Shown: positions 36,373-44,185, numbered from the stretch's first letter. The stretch is 64,000 nucleotides of DNA from a virus (IMGVR_UViG_3300003316_000274:1-64000); one strand, 5' to 3'. Numbers and translations are program-made. Notes: a model not told the origin generated them from the sequence alone.

Positions 36373-36885
36373 TCAGCTTCCGAACCGTGCGTCTTCCGCG
36401 TCGATGCGGGCCAGGAGCTCGGCGACGGACGCGGCGGGCATTCGCAGGGTCGGGCCGGCTTTCTGCTGCTCGGGCGCAGCCGGGACGGATGTCGGTCGGG
36501 CCTGGCGCCCGATCGGGCGGGGCGGGGCGTACAGGCGGGTCCGGAGCTTCGTCCGCTCCTTGTCGTCCTCTGCTGACGCGTAGATCTGCTGCTCCGCCGC
36601 ATTCAGCATCCTCGCGGCGCTCCATGTGCGCGGGTCGATGCCCTGGAGAGCGAGCTGGCCGTCCCACTCGTCCCAGGCGTCGGCGACGCTGCTCAGGAGG
36701 CGGCAGACGGCATGGTAGGGCGGGCGGACGCACCGGTGCCGGCGCCGTGGAGCTCCATGACCCATTCCAGGAGCTCCAACAGGATCCGCTGGGGCAGCTG
36801 GAGGCGTTCGCGGACTTTCGAGCCGGGCAGTGAAGCGGATGACGCCTTTGCTGCGGCGGGGTCGGTGAACGACGCGGCGACAACG
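36373..36885 (-). CDS. -1 frame extension of the tail assembly chaperone (GT-like frameshift product, T part)
   Basis: The -1 frame is open from about 36885 to 36373 and overlaps the end of the G frame. It encodes ...LLSSVADAWDEWDGQLALQGIDPRTWSAARMLNAAEQ. The exact slip site is not resolved. Confidence 0.6.
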   Translation of the reverse strand, partial: RCRRVVHRPRRSKGVIRFTARLESPRTPPAAPADPVGAPGMGHGAPRRRHRCVRPPYHAVCRLLSSVADAWDEWDGQLALQGIDPRTWSAARMLNAAEQQIYASAEDDKERTKLRTRLYAPPRPIGRQARPTSVPAAPEQQKAGPTLRMPAASVAELLARIDAEDARFGS

Positions 36886-37151
36886 TTGTCAGCGGTGATG
36901 ACGTCGAGGGTGAGGAGTAGGGTGGCAGACTCGTCGGTCATGAGGGCGGCGAGGAACTCGCGAACGGCCCTCAGGCTGGTCCGGAGGGTCTCGGCGTCGC
37001 CGCCGTCCTTCGCGGCCTGCTGCGCCGCCTGCAGAATGGCGTAGGCGTCGAGCATCTCGGTTCCGAGGACCTCGGGCAGAAAATGCAGGAGGGTGTCGCC
37101 CACCACTGCCTTGTGGGGCTCGGTGTTCAGAGTGAAGGTGCGCTGAGCCAC
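36693..37151 (-). CDS. tail assembly chaperone (G-like product)
   Basis: The GTG at 37151 lies 5 nt after AGGAG. Sequence begins VAQRTFTLNTEPHKAVVGDTLLHFLPEVLGTEML. Lies directly upstream of the tape measure. Confidence 0.75.
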   Translation of the reverse strand: MAQRTFTLNTEPHKAVVGDTLLHFLPEVLGTEMLDAYAILQAAQQAAKDGGDAETLRTSLRAVREFLAALMTDESATLLLTLDVITADNVVAASFTDPAAAKASSASLPGSKVRERLQLPQRILLELLEWVMELHGAGTGASARPTMPSAAS

Positions 37152-37310
37152 GGATACTCCTGAGGTGGTCGTGCCCCGCGGGCGCGCGGGCACTGCGGGC
37201 AGGCCGGGATCTTACGGTACGTCGCGCTTTGCGCGCGCCCGGTGACGCCAATGCGGATCCGACTCGACGATTCGCCCCCCAGAGCCGCCCGACGCCAGAG
37301 CGAGCCATCA

Positions 37311-37331
37311 CATAAAACGCCCGAAACGGGC
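37311..37331 (-). terminator. candidate intrinsic terminator
   Basis: The minus strand reads GCCCG-TTT-CGGGC followed by GTTTTATG. It sits in an AT-richer 200-bp gap between the terminase block and the chaperone/tape-measure block. The stem is short. Confidence 0.4.
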
Positions 37332-37392
37332 CATATCTACACTCACATAACGCGCATCTTGGACATGGCCACCGTCCGGAGACCGGCCTCCG

Positions 37393-37641
37393 TCAGAACA
37401 GGGACATCGCCTCGTCCGGCTCCACGGCGTCTCCGTCGGCGGGAATCTCGATCTCCAGCTGGCCGTACGGCAGATCGACGATCTCCAGCGACCCGCCGCA
37501 CGACACCAGCCGCTCGTCCGGAAGACGGCGCTCCAAGGGCGGGTCGTGGCGCCAGATGCGGCCCTTGCCCAGGCGCCCGGCGACCGGCCCGGCGGCGATC
37601 GGCCGGTCGCACTTCCCACAGTGGACACGCGGAAGCTTCAT
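37393..37641 (-). CDS. small Cys-containing protein
   Basis: Start MKLPRVHCGKCDRP within ORF 37393..37791 (an alternative ATG is at 37686). Excellent GC3. Confidence 0.6.
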   Translation of the reverse strand: MKLPRVHCGKCDRPIAAGPVAGRLGKGRIWRHDPPLERRLPDERLVSCGGSLEIVDLPYGQLEIEIPADGDAVEPDEAMSLF

Positions 37642-37878
37642 CCGCCCAGTGTGACGGGGCCGGCTGCACGGTCGCCGACGTTTCATCCGGTTCGGGTCCG
37701 TTGGGCTATGCTGCCCGCTCCGGGGGCGGTGGTCCTGCTTGACGCCAGCGCCCATGGGAAGCGCCGAGCCTGATCCGTACTCGGTGGCCACTGCCTCCGG
37801 TCGAAGACAGGGACGCCGCCGACAGGCGATTGGCTCTTCGCTCCAGCCCGCCGGCTCCGAAACGGCGGCGCTCCCTGA

Positions 37879-40527
37879 TCACTTCCCGATAGGACGGCTG
37901 TAGCGGGCCGCTGCCTTCGACGGCCTTCGGGCATCCTGTCCCCGCTTCACCGGGGCGTGGACGGCGGCCTCATCCAGGAGTTCAGCGGCGAACGCCATTG
38001 CCACCGCATCACCGCGGTCCGGGGAGCGGCCGAGGCGGGTGACCAGGTCGTCCTTCGTCTCGATGTGGATCTTCGGCGGGATACCGGTGGTGATGTCCCA
38101 GGTCGGCGCGGTCAGGTCGCTGATCAGGAGGTCATCGGGCGGGAGCATCACCTCGGCGCCGAAGGCGGGGTCGAGGAGCTCGCGGAGGCGGTAGTACGCG
38201 GCGCTGCGCAGGTTGACGTACCCGTATTCGTGGTCGCGAGTCCTGGCCTTGGTCTTCGCTGCGCCCGTGTACGGCAGGACGGGGGCACGTAGCTCGCGCA
38301 GGCGGTCAACGACGCCGCCGCCCACGCCGGCGGAGTCGACGACGGGGATGACGCGGTCCTTCTTCGGGCCGGTGGCGCCCTGCACGCGGGCGGTGGTCTG
38401 CATGGTGTCCTGCCGGTCGTGGATGTCGAGGCGGGTGATGCAGGCGCCGTGACGGTGGGCGAGGACGGTGGAGTCGCCACCGGCGCGGGCGACGTCGACA
38501 CCGATGACGCGACGCCCTTGGAGAGCCGGTCGTCCGGCGTCGTTCCATTCGTGCCAGCGCGCGACGGCAGCCTCGACCCAGGCCAGTGGGATAACGGCGT
38601 CCTCGTCGCTCGCGTGGAACTCGCCGCGGACGCGGTTGGCGTACATGGCGGAGTCGGCACCCCACTGACGCTTGCGCTGCTCCGCCCATTCCCGGCTGAT
38701 CCGGCCGGCGGCGATCGCCTCTTCCAGGGTGACGTGCCGTACCCACCAGTCCTCCAGGCCTGGGGCGCGCTTGTGGATTTCGTAGAACCGGCCGGCTGGC
38801 TGGCCCGGGGTGGAGATGGCGAGGGCGAATGCTTCGGGAAGTCCCTCGGTGCGGCCTCCGGAGAACGCGCCTTCGATCGCGTCCCAAGTGGCGTCGGGGA
38901 CGACCTTGGCCTCGTCGATCAGGTACAGCAGGGAGTCGGCGTGCGCGCCCTCGATGAGCTCGGCCTTGTTGGAGGCGACCGGAGAGGCGGCGCCGTGGAC
39001 GAGCTTCAGGTTCAACGCGAGGAGCTCGCGGATGTCGGAGAACGGCGCGCGGCCGAGAACGTCCCAGCGGATACGCCGCGACCACTTATGGATCTCTGGC
39101 CAGAGGTAGACCGTGAGATGTCTCCAGGCGGACGCGGTGGTGATGACCTTCCAGTCCCACCCCGCGGCTTCGCGTGTAGTCGCGAACCACAGGGTGGTGA
39201 TCGCTGCCAGACCGCTGTTGTGCGTCGGCACCATGGACTCGCCGGCCAGGAACAGGTGTGACGGCGAGTCGACCTCGATGCACTGAGTGGGCTGGTCCTC
39301 CACCTTCCGGATGTCGGTGATGGTCCGTTGGGTGTGCCGGGACGCCTGGGCCCCGGCAGGCTGCCAGTCGTACCGTGGCAGACGGTATGGGTTGAAATCG
39401 AAGCGGGCGGCGATACGCCACCGGCGACCGACTACCCGTCCGTTGATCTTGCTGTCACTCTCCCGGACGCGGACGACCAGGCCGAGCGAGCGCAGCAGGT
39501 CGGCCACGTCGTCGGCCAGTGGCTTGCAGGTGAGGGTGATCTCGTCACAGCCTCCTGCCTGCCGGTATCCGTCGGAGTCCCACAGACCACGCACCAGCTC
39601 CCGTCGCTGCTCCACTGACGCTCGTAGGTAGCTCATGGGGATGTGCTTGTTGCCGAGCACGCCGAGTGCTCGCAGGCGGCCGTTTAGCGACTCTCGTCCC
39701 GGGCCGCCGCCCCGCTGTACGGGCATCGTGGACACGGTGACGCTCAGGGCGTCCGGGTTGCGGCTGTCGCCTCTCGGAGCGCCGTGGTGGTACTCGGCGC
39801 CAGCGATGCGCTCTTGCAGGTACGGCCAGTCGCTGCTGTGCACGACGATCTCGGAGGATCGGGTGCGGCCGTCCCCGAGCCAGTAGCCGAAGAGGTACGG
39901 GTCTACCGGCAAGTCTGCGGCGGGAAGGTTGAGCGGGCGCGCGGTCGGGATGCGCCACCGGGGCTGGCCGCCTGCTGTCCGCAGGTGCTTGGCCATGTGG
40001 GCGGTGGTTACGCGCTTGGTCGCGTCCCAGTGGTCGCGCCAGTCCTTGACCGTGATGGGCCGGCGGTTCGGGCGAGGGGTCTTCGGCCGGTTGTAGACGT
40101 CGACGGCGTTCCACTCGTGCTCGCCGTGGGTCGTGATGACGGTCCCGTCGGCGAACTCCACCACGTAGGTGTCGGCGTTCCAGACGGGCGACTTGGCGAC
40201 GACCCGGCATCGCTTGCCGTGCTCGTCAAACAGCTCGTCACCAGGGCGCAGTGCGCCGATTGTTGACCATCCGGTCGGGGTCGGAATCCTCACATTGCAT
40301 TGTAGAGCCTTGCCTAGGCCGTGAGGGCCGCGTACGGCCACCCGCTTCTTCGTCGGCAGGGCGTTTAGGACGTCGTTCTGGTAGGGGGTCAGGCCGCCTG
40401 TAGGGCCCCAGTCGATGACGTCGCGTGCCCAGGCGACCGGGTCGTACCTCCACGAGGTGCGCTGGCTGTCCAGGGCGAAGGACCGGCCGGCGTGCGCCCA
40501 GGGGTCGATGTCAGCTGGGTTCGGCAT
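37879..40527 (-). CDS. terL: terminase large subunit, interrupted by an intein in the Walker A P-loop
   Basis: Start MPNPADIDPW at 40527 within ORF 37879..41073. The upstream 182 aa overlap terS in an R/P/S-rich shadow frame. Exteins join as VAVRGPHGLGK|SGLAAITTLWF. The C-terminal part carries a nuclease-like region. Confidence 0.9.
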   Translation of the reverse strand: MPNPADIDPWAHAGRSFALDSQRTSWRYDPVAWARDVIDWGPTGGLTPYQNDVLNALPTKKRVAVRGPHGLGKALQCNVRIPTPTGWSTIGALRPGDELFDEHGKRCRVVAKSPVWNADTYVVEFADGTVITTHGEHEWNAVDVYNRPKTPRPNRRPITVKDWRDHWDATKRVTTAHMAKHLRTAGGQPRWRIPTARPLNLPAADLPVDPYLFGYWLGDGRTRSSEIVVHSSDWPYLQERIAGAEYHHGAPRGDSRNPDALSVTVSTMPVQRGGGPGRESLNGRLRALGVLGNKHIPMSYLRASVEQRRELVRGLWDSDGYRQAGGCDEITLTCKPLADDVADLLRSLGLVVRVRESDSKINGRVVGRRWRIAARFDFNPYRLPRYDWQPAGAQASRHTQRTITDIRKVEDQPTQCIEVDSPSHLFLAGESMVPTHNSGLAAITTLWFATTREAAGWDWKVITTASAWRHLTVYLWPEIHKWSRRIRWDVLGRAPFSDIRELLALNLKLVHGAASPVASNKAELIEGAHADSLLYLIDEAKVVPDATWDAIEGAFSGGRTEGLPEAFALAISTPGQPAGRFYEIHKRAPGLEDWWVRHVTLEEAIAAGRISREWAEQRKRQWGADSAMYANRVRGEFHASDEDAVIPLAWVEAAVARWHEWNDAGRPALQGRRVIGVDVARAGGDSTVLAHRHGACITRLDIHDRQDTMQTTARVQGATGPKKDRVIPVVDSAGVGGGVVDRLRELRAPVLPYTGAAKTKARTRDHEYGYVNLRSAAYYRLRELLDPAFGAEVMLPPDDLLISDLTAPTWDITTGIPPKIHIETKDDLVTRLGRSPDRGDAVAMAFAAELLDEAAVHAPVKRGQDARRPSKAAARYSRPIGK
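39217..40308 (-). mobile_element. 364-aa intein with LAGLIDADG homing endonuclease; class-3 (WCT)-like signature
   Basis: Starts ALQCNVRIPTPTGWSTIGAL and ends VPTHN|S. Block B is TTHGEHEW. LAGLIDADG motifs are LFGYWLGDGRT and LVRGLWDSDGY. Block F is PTQCIEVDSPSHLFLAG. The first codons are GC3-poor (CTA CAA TGC AAT). Confidence 0.8.
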
Positions 40528-41188
40528 GCGGGGCTCCGGTGACGGCGGCGATCTGCTCGGGGACGATCCGGGCGAGCCAGCCCGGCCATTCGCGCCGGAC
40601 GAGGGCGGCGTCCTGGTCGCCGAGGAGACCGGTGAGGCGGTCGAGGAGGCTGTCGGTGGAGCGGCGGATGACGTCCGCGAGCATGGCGCCCTGCTGTTCG
40701 GCGAGGTGGACCAGACGCTCGCTGATGCCGGCGTCGAGCGCGGTCTTGGAGACGTGGACGAGGTGTCGGCGCTCGCGGTGGTACAGGTCGAGCCAGACGC
40801 TGGGGCGGGCCGTCGCCTTGCGGTCGGTGCCGGGTGACAGCGTCGCTGTCTTGTCGGTTTCTTCGGTGATGCCCCAGGTGAGGTCGGTGTCGTCGAGCTC
40901 GCGGATTTTCTGCGCGAGCCAGGCCACGTGTCCGGCGGTGCGGTGGACCTCTTCGAGGAGCGCGGCGGCCGGGTCGATGTCGCGGGGCAGGCCGTAGGTG
41001 ATGACGGCCTGGCGGGCGTGTTCCTCGGCGAGTCGGGTGGCGGCTTTGCGGCGTACCTGGCTCGCTGCTCCACCGTGCATGCGGCATGTGGCGCCTCCGG
41101 GGATCGCCGTGTTCTTGCACTGTTCGCCGCTGCGTTTCGACTTCGCGGTGCAGCGGCGTCGGTTGGAGTCCATGGGGTCCATGATCAT
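40511..41188 (-). CDS. terS: terminase small subunit (N-terminal zinc-ribbon type)
   Basis: ORF 40511..41188. The segment RRCTAKSKRSGEQCKNTAIPGGATCRMHGGA is typical of actinophage TerS. Overlaps terL by 17 nt. Confidence 0.75.
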   Translation of the reverse strand: MIMDPMDSNRRRCTAKSKRSGEQCKNTAIPGGATCRMHGGAASQVRRKAATRLAEEHARQAVITYGLPRDIDPAAALLEEVHRTAGHVAWLAQKIRELDDTDLTWGITEETDKTATLSPGTDRKATARPSVWLDLYHRERRHLVHVSKTALDAGISERLVHLAEQQGAMLADVIRRSTDSLLDRLTGLLGDQDAALVRREWPGWLARIVPEQIAAVTGAPHAEPS

Positions 41189-41272
41189 TCTCCGGCTCCA
41201 TGTGGTGTCGCAGGCACGGGCGGTGATGGTACGTCAGCGCAGTGCAGGTGGCTGTGGCCGTGGGGAATGCGT

Positions 41273-41305
41273 GAAGCCCGCCGCGCGTGATGCGGGGCGG
41301 GCTTC
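41273..41305 (-). terminator. GC-rich terminator hairpin after the PP2C gene
   Basis: GAAGCCCGCC-(13 nt)-GGCGGGCTTC, a perfect 10-bp stem that can be extended, 17 nt downstream of the stop at 41322. Confidence 0.55.
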
Positions 41306-41321
41306 GGGGCGATGGGCTGCT

Positions 41322-42062
41322 TCAGGGGAGATCGGCGATGAGGACCGTGGCGTTGTCAGCGCGCGTGGTGGCGTGGTCGATGGCGGCCTGGACGAAGTCG
41401 TGGGCGGCGTGTGCGGGGGTACCGGTGAGGTAGTCGGCGAGGTTGCGGCAGGAATCCTCCAGGGGCTCGTACGCGCCGTCGGACGCGAGGAGGAGTCGGT
41501 GAGGGCCGTTGTCGAGGGCGAGGGTGGTGGACTCGATGGCGGGGTGCCCGTACTGGGCCTTGACCTCGTCGTCGGTCTCGTAGGCGCCGAGGCAGGAGGT
41601 GAGGAGGTTGCGGTTGCCGCCGGGGCTGGTGGGGTAGCTCGTGCCGGGCGGGTAGACGCGGCGGAGGTTGTGGTCCTGGGTGAGGCGCCGGAGGGTGGTG
41701 CCGGTGAAGAGGTAGGCGCGGGAGTCGCCGCACCAGGCGACGGTGAGGTTCCGGCCGTTGATGACGGCGACGACTGCGGCGGCCTGCGGGAGATCGGGGC
41801 CGTACGGGCCGCGCCGGGCAGGTTCGGCGGCGTACTGGTCGTAGACAGCGCGCAGTCCAGTTTCGGCGTCGGCATGTCGGGCGGCGGCCTGCGCGAGGCG
41901 CACGGCGCCGGTGCGGGCCCAGTCGCGGACTTCGTCGTTGGAGCCGATGCCGTCGAAGAGGACGTAGGCGCGGGTGACACCGTCGGGGTTGGTGCGGGTG
42001 GCGGTGGCGTCGCACTGATGAGTGCGGTCACCGATGAGCTGGGCGGTCGCGTGAGTACGCAT
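41322..42062 (-). CDS. PP2C-family Ser/Thr protein phosphatase
   Basis: Start MRTHATAQL within ORF 41322..42116. Motifs: FDGIGS, WCGDSRAYLF, LTQDHN, LLASDGAYE, ADNATVLIADL. Confidence 0.85.
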   Translation of the reverse strand: MRTHATAQLIGDRTHQCDATATRTNPDGVTRAYVLFDGIGSNDEVRDWARTGAVRLAQAAARHADAETGLRAVYDQYAAEPARRGPYGPDLPQAAAVVAVINGRNLTVAWCGDSRAYLFTGTTLRRLTQDHNLRRVYPPGTSYPTSPGGNRNLLTSCLGAYETDDEVKAQYGHPAIESTTLALDNGPHRLLLASDGAYEPLEDSCRNLADYLTGTPAHAAHDFVQAAIDHATTRADNATVLIADLP

Positions 42063-42121
42063 GGAGCCCCCTGAGGTTCTGATCTTGTGGTGGCGGTGGG
42101 GTGCCGGGCGAGGCACCGTGG

Positions 42122-42279
42122 GTCCGGACGCGTCCGGAGGGTGGTGTCCGGATCTGTCCGGACGGGTGGGGTTAGGGGGCCTCGGTGGACCGGTGTCCGG
42201 ATGATGTCCGTGCAGGTCAGTGAGGTCTCCGGAAGTGTCCGCCGGGCGGTGTCCGGACGCCGGTGGATGGCGTCCGGGT
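42122..42279. repeat. array of GTCCGGAC-type sites upstream of the PP2C gene
   Basis: GTCCGGAC at 42122, 42156 and 42251. GTCCGGAG at 42132. GTCCGGAT at 42146 and 42195. CTCCGGAA at 42227. GTCCGGGT at 42272. Degenerate GTCCGTGC and GTCCGCCG also occur. Spacing within pairs is 10 bp. Confidence 0.85.
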
Positions 42280-42304
42280 CACGGCTGGCGGATGGCTCGT
42301 AGTG

Positions 42305-42490
42305 TCAGTGGCGGTGGGTCTGGATGTCGATACGAACGTCGGGGCGGTGGCTGAAGTCGCGGCGGAGCTCGGTGCAGACGTCGTCGATGTCGCGGAAGTC
42401 GGTGACGGCGCGGTAGCGCAGGAGGTCGGTGTCGCGGCCGTTCTCGACGCGGAGGACGGAGATGCCGTACGTGGTGGTGTGGTGGTTCAT
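42305..42490 (-). CDS. small hypothetical protein
   Basis: ORF 42305..42490. ATGA overlap with the upstream gene. Confidence 0.55.
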   Translation of the reverse strand: MNHHTTTYGISVLRVENGRDTDLLRYRAVTDFRDIDDVCTELRRDFSHRPDVRIDIQTHRH

Positions 42491-42633
42491 CGGCTGGTGT
42501 CCTTCCGGGTGGGGGTGGGGGTGATGCGGCCGGAGACGGCGCCGGTCCGGGTGCCGTTGTCGGTGCGGATGATGGTGGTGGTCTTGCCGCTGTGGGTGCG
42601 GATGGTGCCGGCGGCGATGACGTGGCGGCCCAT
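42487..42633 (-). CDS. 48-aa T/R-rich hypothetical protein
   Basis: Start MGRHVIAAGTIRTHSGK within ORF 42487..42834. The ATG shares 1 nt with the upstream stop. Confidence 0.45.
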   Translation of the reverse strand: MGRHVIAAGTIRTHSGKTTTIIRTDNGTRTGAVSGRITPTPTRKDTSR

Positions 42634-43379
42634 CAGGCGGCCACCGCCGCCAGCTCGGTGGTCTGGGTGGTGACGGCGACCTTGAAGGTGTCGCGGCGGC
42701 CCTTGCGGGGCGGGACGCCGAGGCCGGCGTCGAGGTAGTCGATGGCGACCTGGTCGCCGTCGATGACGCTGCCGCCCGGGGTGCGGGTGACGGTGACGCG
42801 GCCGAAGGTGCCGACGGGGAGCTGGCGCAGCCACTTCTTTACGCTCTCGGCGCTCTTGGTGAGTTCCTTGGCCCTGGCGTCGAGGGCGGCGAATTCGTCA
42901 GCGCGGGCCTCGATCTCGGCGACCGTAGGGAGCTGGTCGGCGGGGAGCGTCTTGTCGGCGGCCGACGTCGAAGCGAGCGCGGTCTTGCCGAAACGCTCAG
43001 CGATCCGGCCGACGGTGCGGGAGGCGGCGCGGGCGGCCCGGAGAGCGAGAGAGTCGACGCGACGGGCGATGGCGCCGGCGGCGCGCCGAGCGACGACGGC
43101 TTCCGCCTTGGCCTGCTTCGCGGCGGCGACCAGGTCGGCGAGCTTGGTGTTGGCGCGGTCGGCGCGGCGGGTGGCCGCAGCCACGCCCTGCCCGGTGCGG
43201 ATGGCGGTGCGCAGCTCACGCCGGGCGATGGCCGCGATGGTGCGGGCGGCGGTGACGCGGCCTGCGGCGCGCTCGGCGGCGCGGGCGGCGCGGGTCTCGA
43301 TCTTGCGAGCGTCCTGGAGGGTGGTCTCAGCCTCGGCGAGCTTTGCCATGAGGCGGGCGGTGCGTGTGGTGCTGCTCAT
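42633..43379 (-). CDS. coiled-coil protein, first gene of a leftward early operon
   Basis: ORF 42633..43379. A/R-rich helical N-terminus and a beta-rich C-terminus. Confidence 0.7.
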   Translation of the reverse strand: MSSTTRTARLMAKLAEAETTLQDARKIETRAARAAERAAGRVTAARTIAAIARRELRTAIRTGQGVAAATRRADRANTKLADLVAAAKQAKAEAVVARRAAGAIARRVDSLALRAARAASRTVGRIAERFGKTALASTSAADKTLPADQLPTVAEIEARADEFAALDARAKELTKSAESVKKWLRQLPVGTFGRVTVTRTPGGSVIDGDQVAIDYLDAGLGVPPRKGRRDTFKVAVTTQTTELAAVAA

Positions 43380-43438
43380 GTCCTGGTCCCTCCGTCCTGG
43401 GCCGGGCGTCTTGCCGGCCTGACGGAAAGAACACTACA

Positions 43439-43475
43439 CAAGTGACTTGCACAAGTCTACTGTCCAAGCGACTTG
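43439..43475. promoter_or_regulatory. operator cluster of CAAGT/ACTTG half-sites in a divergent intergenic region
   Basis: CAAGTGACTTG at 43439-43449. ACTTGCACAAGT at 43445-43456. CAAGCGACTTG at 43465-43475. GCTTAAGC at 43475-43482. The region is locally AT-richer. Confidence 0.65.
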
Positions 43476-43551
43476 CTTAAGCGTTTTGAGCCCCCCGTTC
43501 CGCGACCGGGCGTGCTGCTGCCGTTCACATGGCCAAGCCGGTTGTGCAACC

Positions 43552-43842
43552 ATGCGGCGTATGAGCGACTACACCCCCAGCCCCCCTCTGGCCGCGAAGC
43601 TGGCCCAGTGGGCCGAACTGGAGAAGACCCGGGACGAACTCCGCGTCGAACTGCGCGGGCTCATCGCGGAAGACCTGAAGAACACAGGCGTGACCGCGGA
43701 GGAAATGGCCGCGCACGTGCCGTGGACCAGGGAGACCGTCCGGGGCATCGCCCGCGAGTACGCGGTCCCGCACAAGCGCAAACCGACCGTCCGCTCCATC
43801 AAGCCGCAGAAGCGCACCACCGGGAGGAAGTCCTCCGGCTGA
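43552..43842 (+). CDS. small HTH-like DNA-binding protein (Cro, repressor or Xis-like candidate)
   Basis: Start MRRMSDYTPS within ORF 43447..43842 (an alternative ATG is at 43561). Contains VTAEEMAAHVPWTRETVRGIAREY and a basic tail. Confidence 0.6.
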   Translation: MRRMSDYTPSPPLAAKLAQWAELEKTRDELRVELRGLIAEDLKNTGVTAEEMAAHVPWTRETVRGIAREYAVPHKRKPTVRSIKPQKRTTGRKSSG

Positions 43843-43951
43843 ACGGCTAGATCTCGCGCTGTCAAATTCACCGCCTCCGGGGTTCACGCTGTCGGCCTGT
43901 CGCGCCTCTTACCTACGTATGCCGTGAACCTCAATGGAGGAGGGTGCTGCT

Positions 43952-44134
43952 ATGCCCGGTAGGCAGGGGCCAGACGATCGCGACGAAGCCGCCATCCACG
44001 AGTGGCTTGTCCAGGCCCGCGACGACGGCCTGGCATGTCTCGGCGCCGTGCTCGACATCGAGCATGGGCTACAGGAGATCGTGACGTGCACTGGAGCCGA
44101 GGGGGCCGGAGCCAGCTGGGAATCACTTGAGTAG
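43952..44134 (+). CDS. small acidic hypothetical protein
   Basis: ATG 7 nt after GGAGGAGGG, within ORF 43934..44134. Confidence 0.5.
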   Translation: MPGRQGPDDRDEAAIHEWLVQARDDGLACLGAVLDIEHGLQEIVTCTGAEGAGASWESLE

Positions 44135-44153
44135 AGGGCGGCCAACGTGACCA

Positions 44154-44185
44154 GGCGCACCGGACCGGAGTTTCGTCGGTGCGCC
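44154..44185. terminator. hairpin between convergent small genes
   Basis: GGCGCACCG-(14 nt)-CGGTGCGCC. Confidence 0.5.

Noticed and set aside
36373-36765. ORF 36373..36765 as an independent gene starting at its own ATG.
   Set aside because: Its first ~25 codons (MGHGAPRRRHRCVRPPYH) look like out-of-frame translation of the chaperone gene. The downstream part matches the T-domain of a frameshifted GT chaperone.
37194-37392. A cos or pac site or a small RNA in the AT-richer gap after the terminase block.
   Set aside because: Only a short hairpin with a U-tract is evident. There are no repeats or other supporting features, so only a low-confidence terminator was called.
40528-41073. N-terminal 182 aa of ORF 37879..41073, which would extend TerL.
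   Set aside because: This part is an S/T/P/R-rich shadow of the terS gene in another frame. A clean start (MPNPADIDPW) at 40527 gives a normal TerL N-terminus with a 17-nt overlap on terS.
42087-42302. ORF 42087..42302 (+) and similar R/S/G/V-rich ORFs across the motif arrays (for example 5195..6466 +).
   Set aside because: Their sequences (VRR, SGR, VSG repeats) simply reflect translation of the GTCCGGAC repeats. There is no RBS or coding periodicity.
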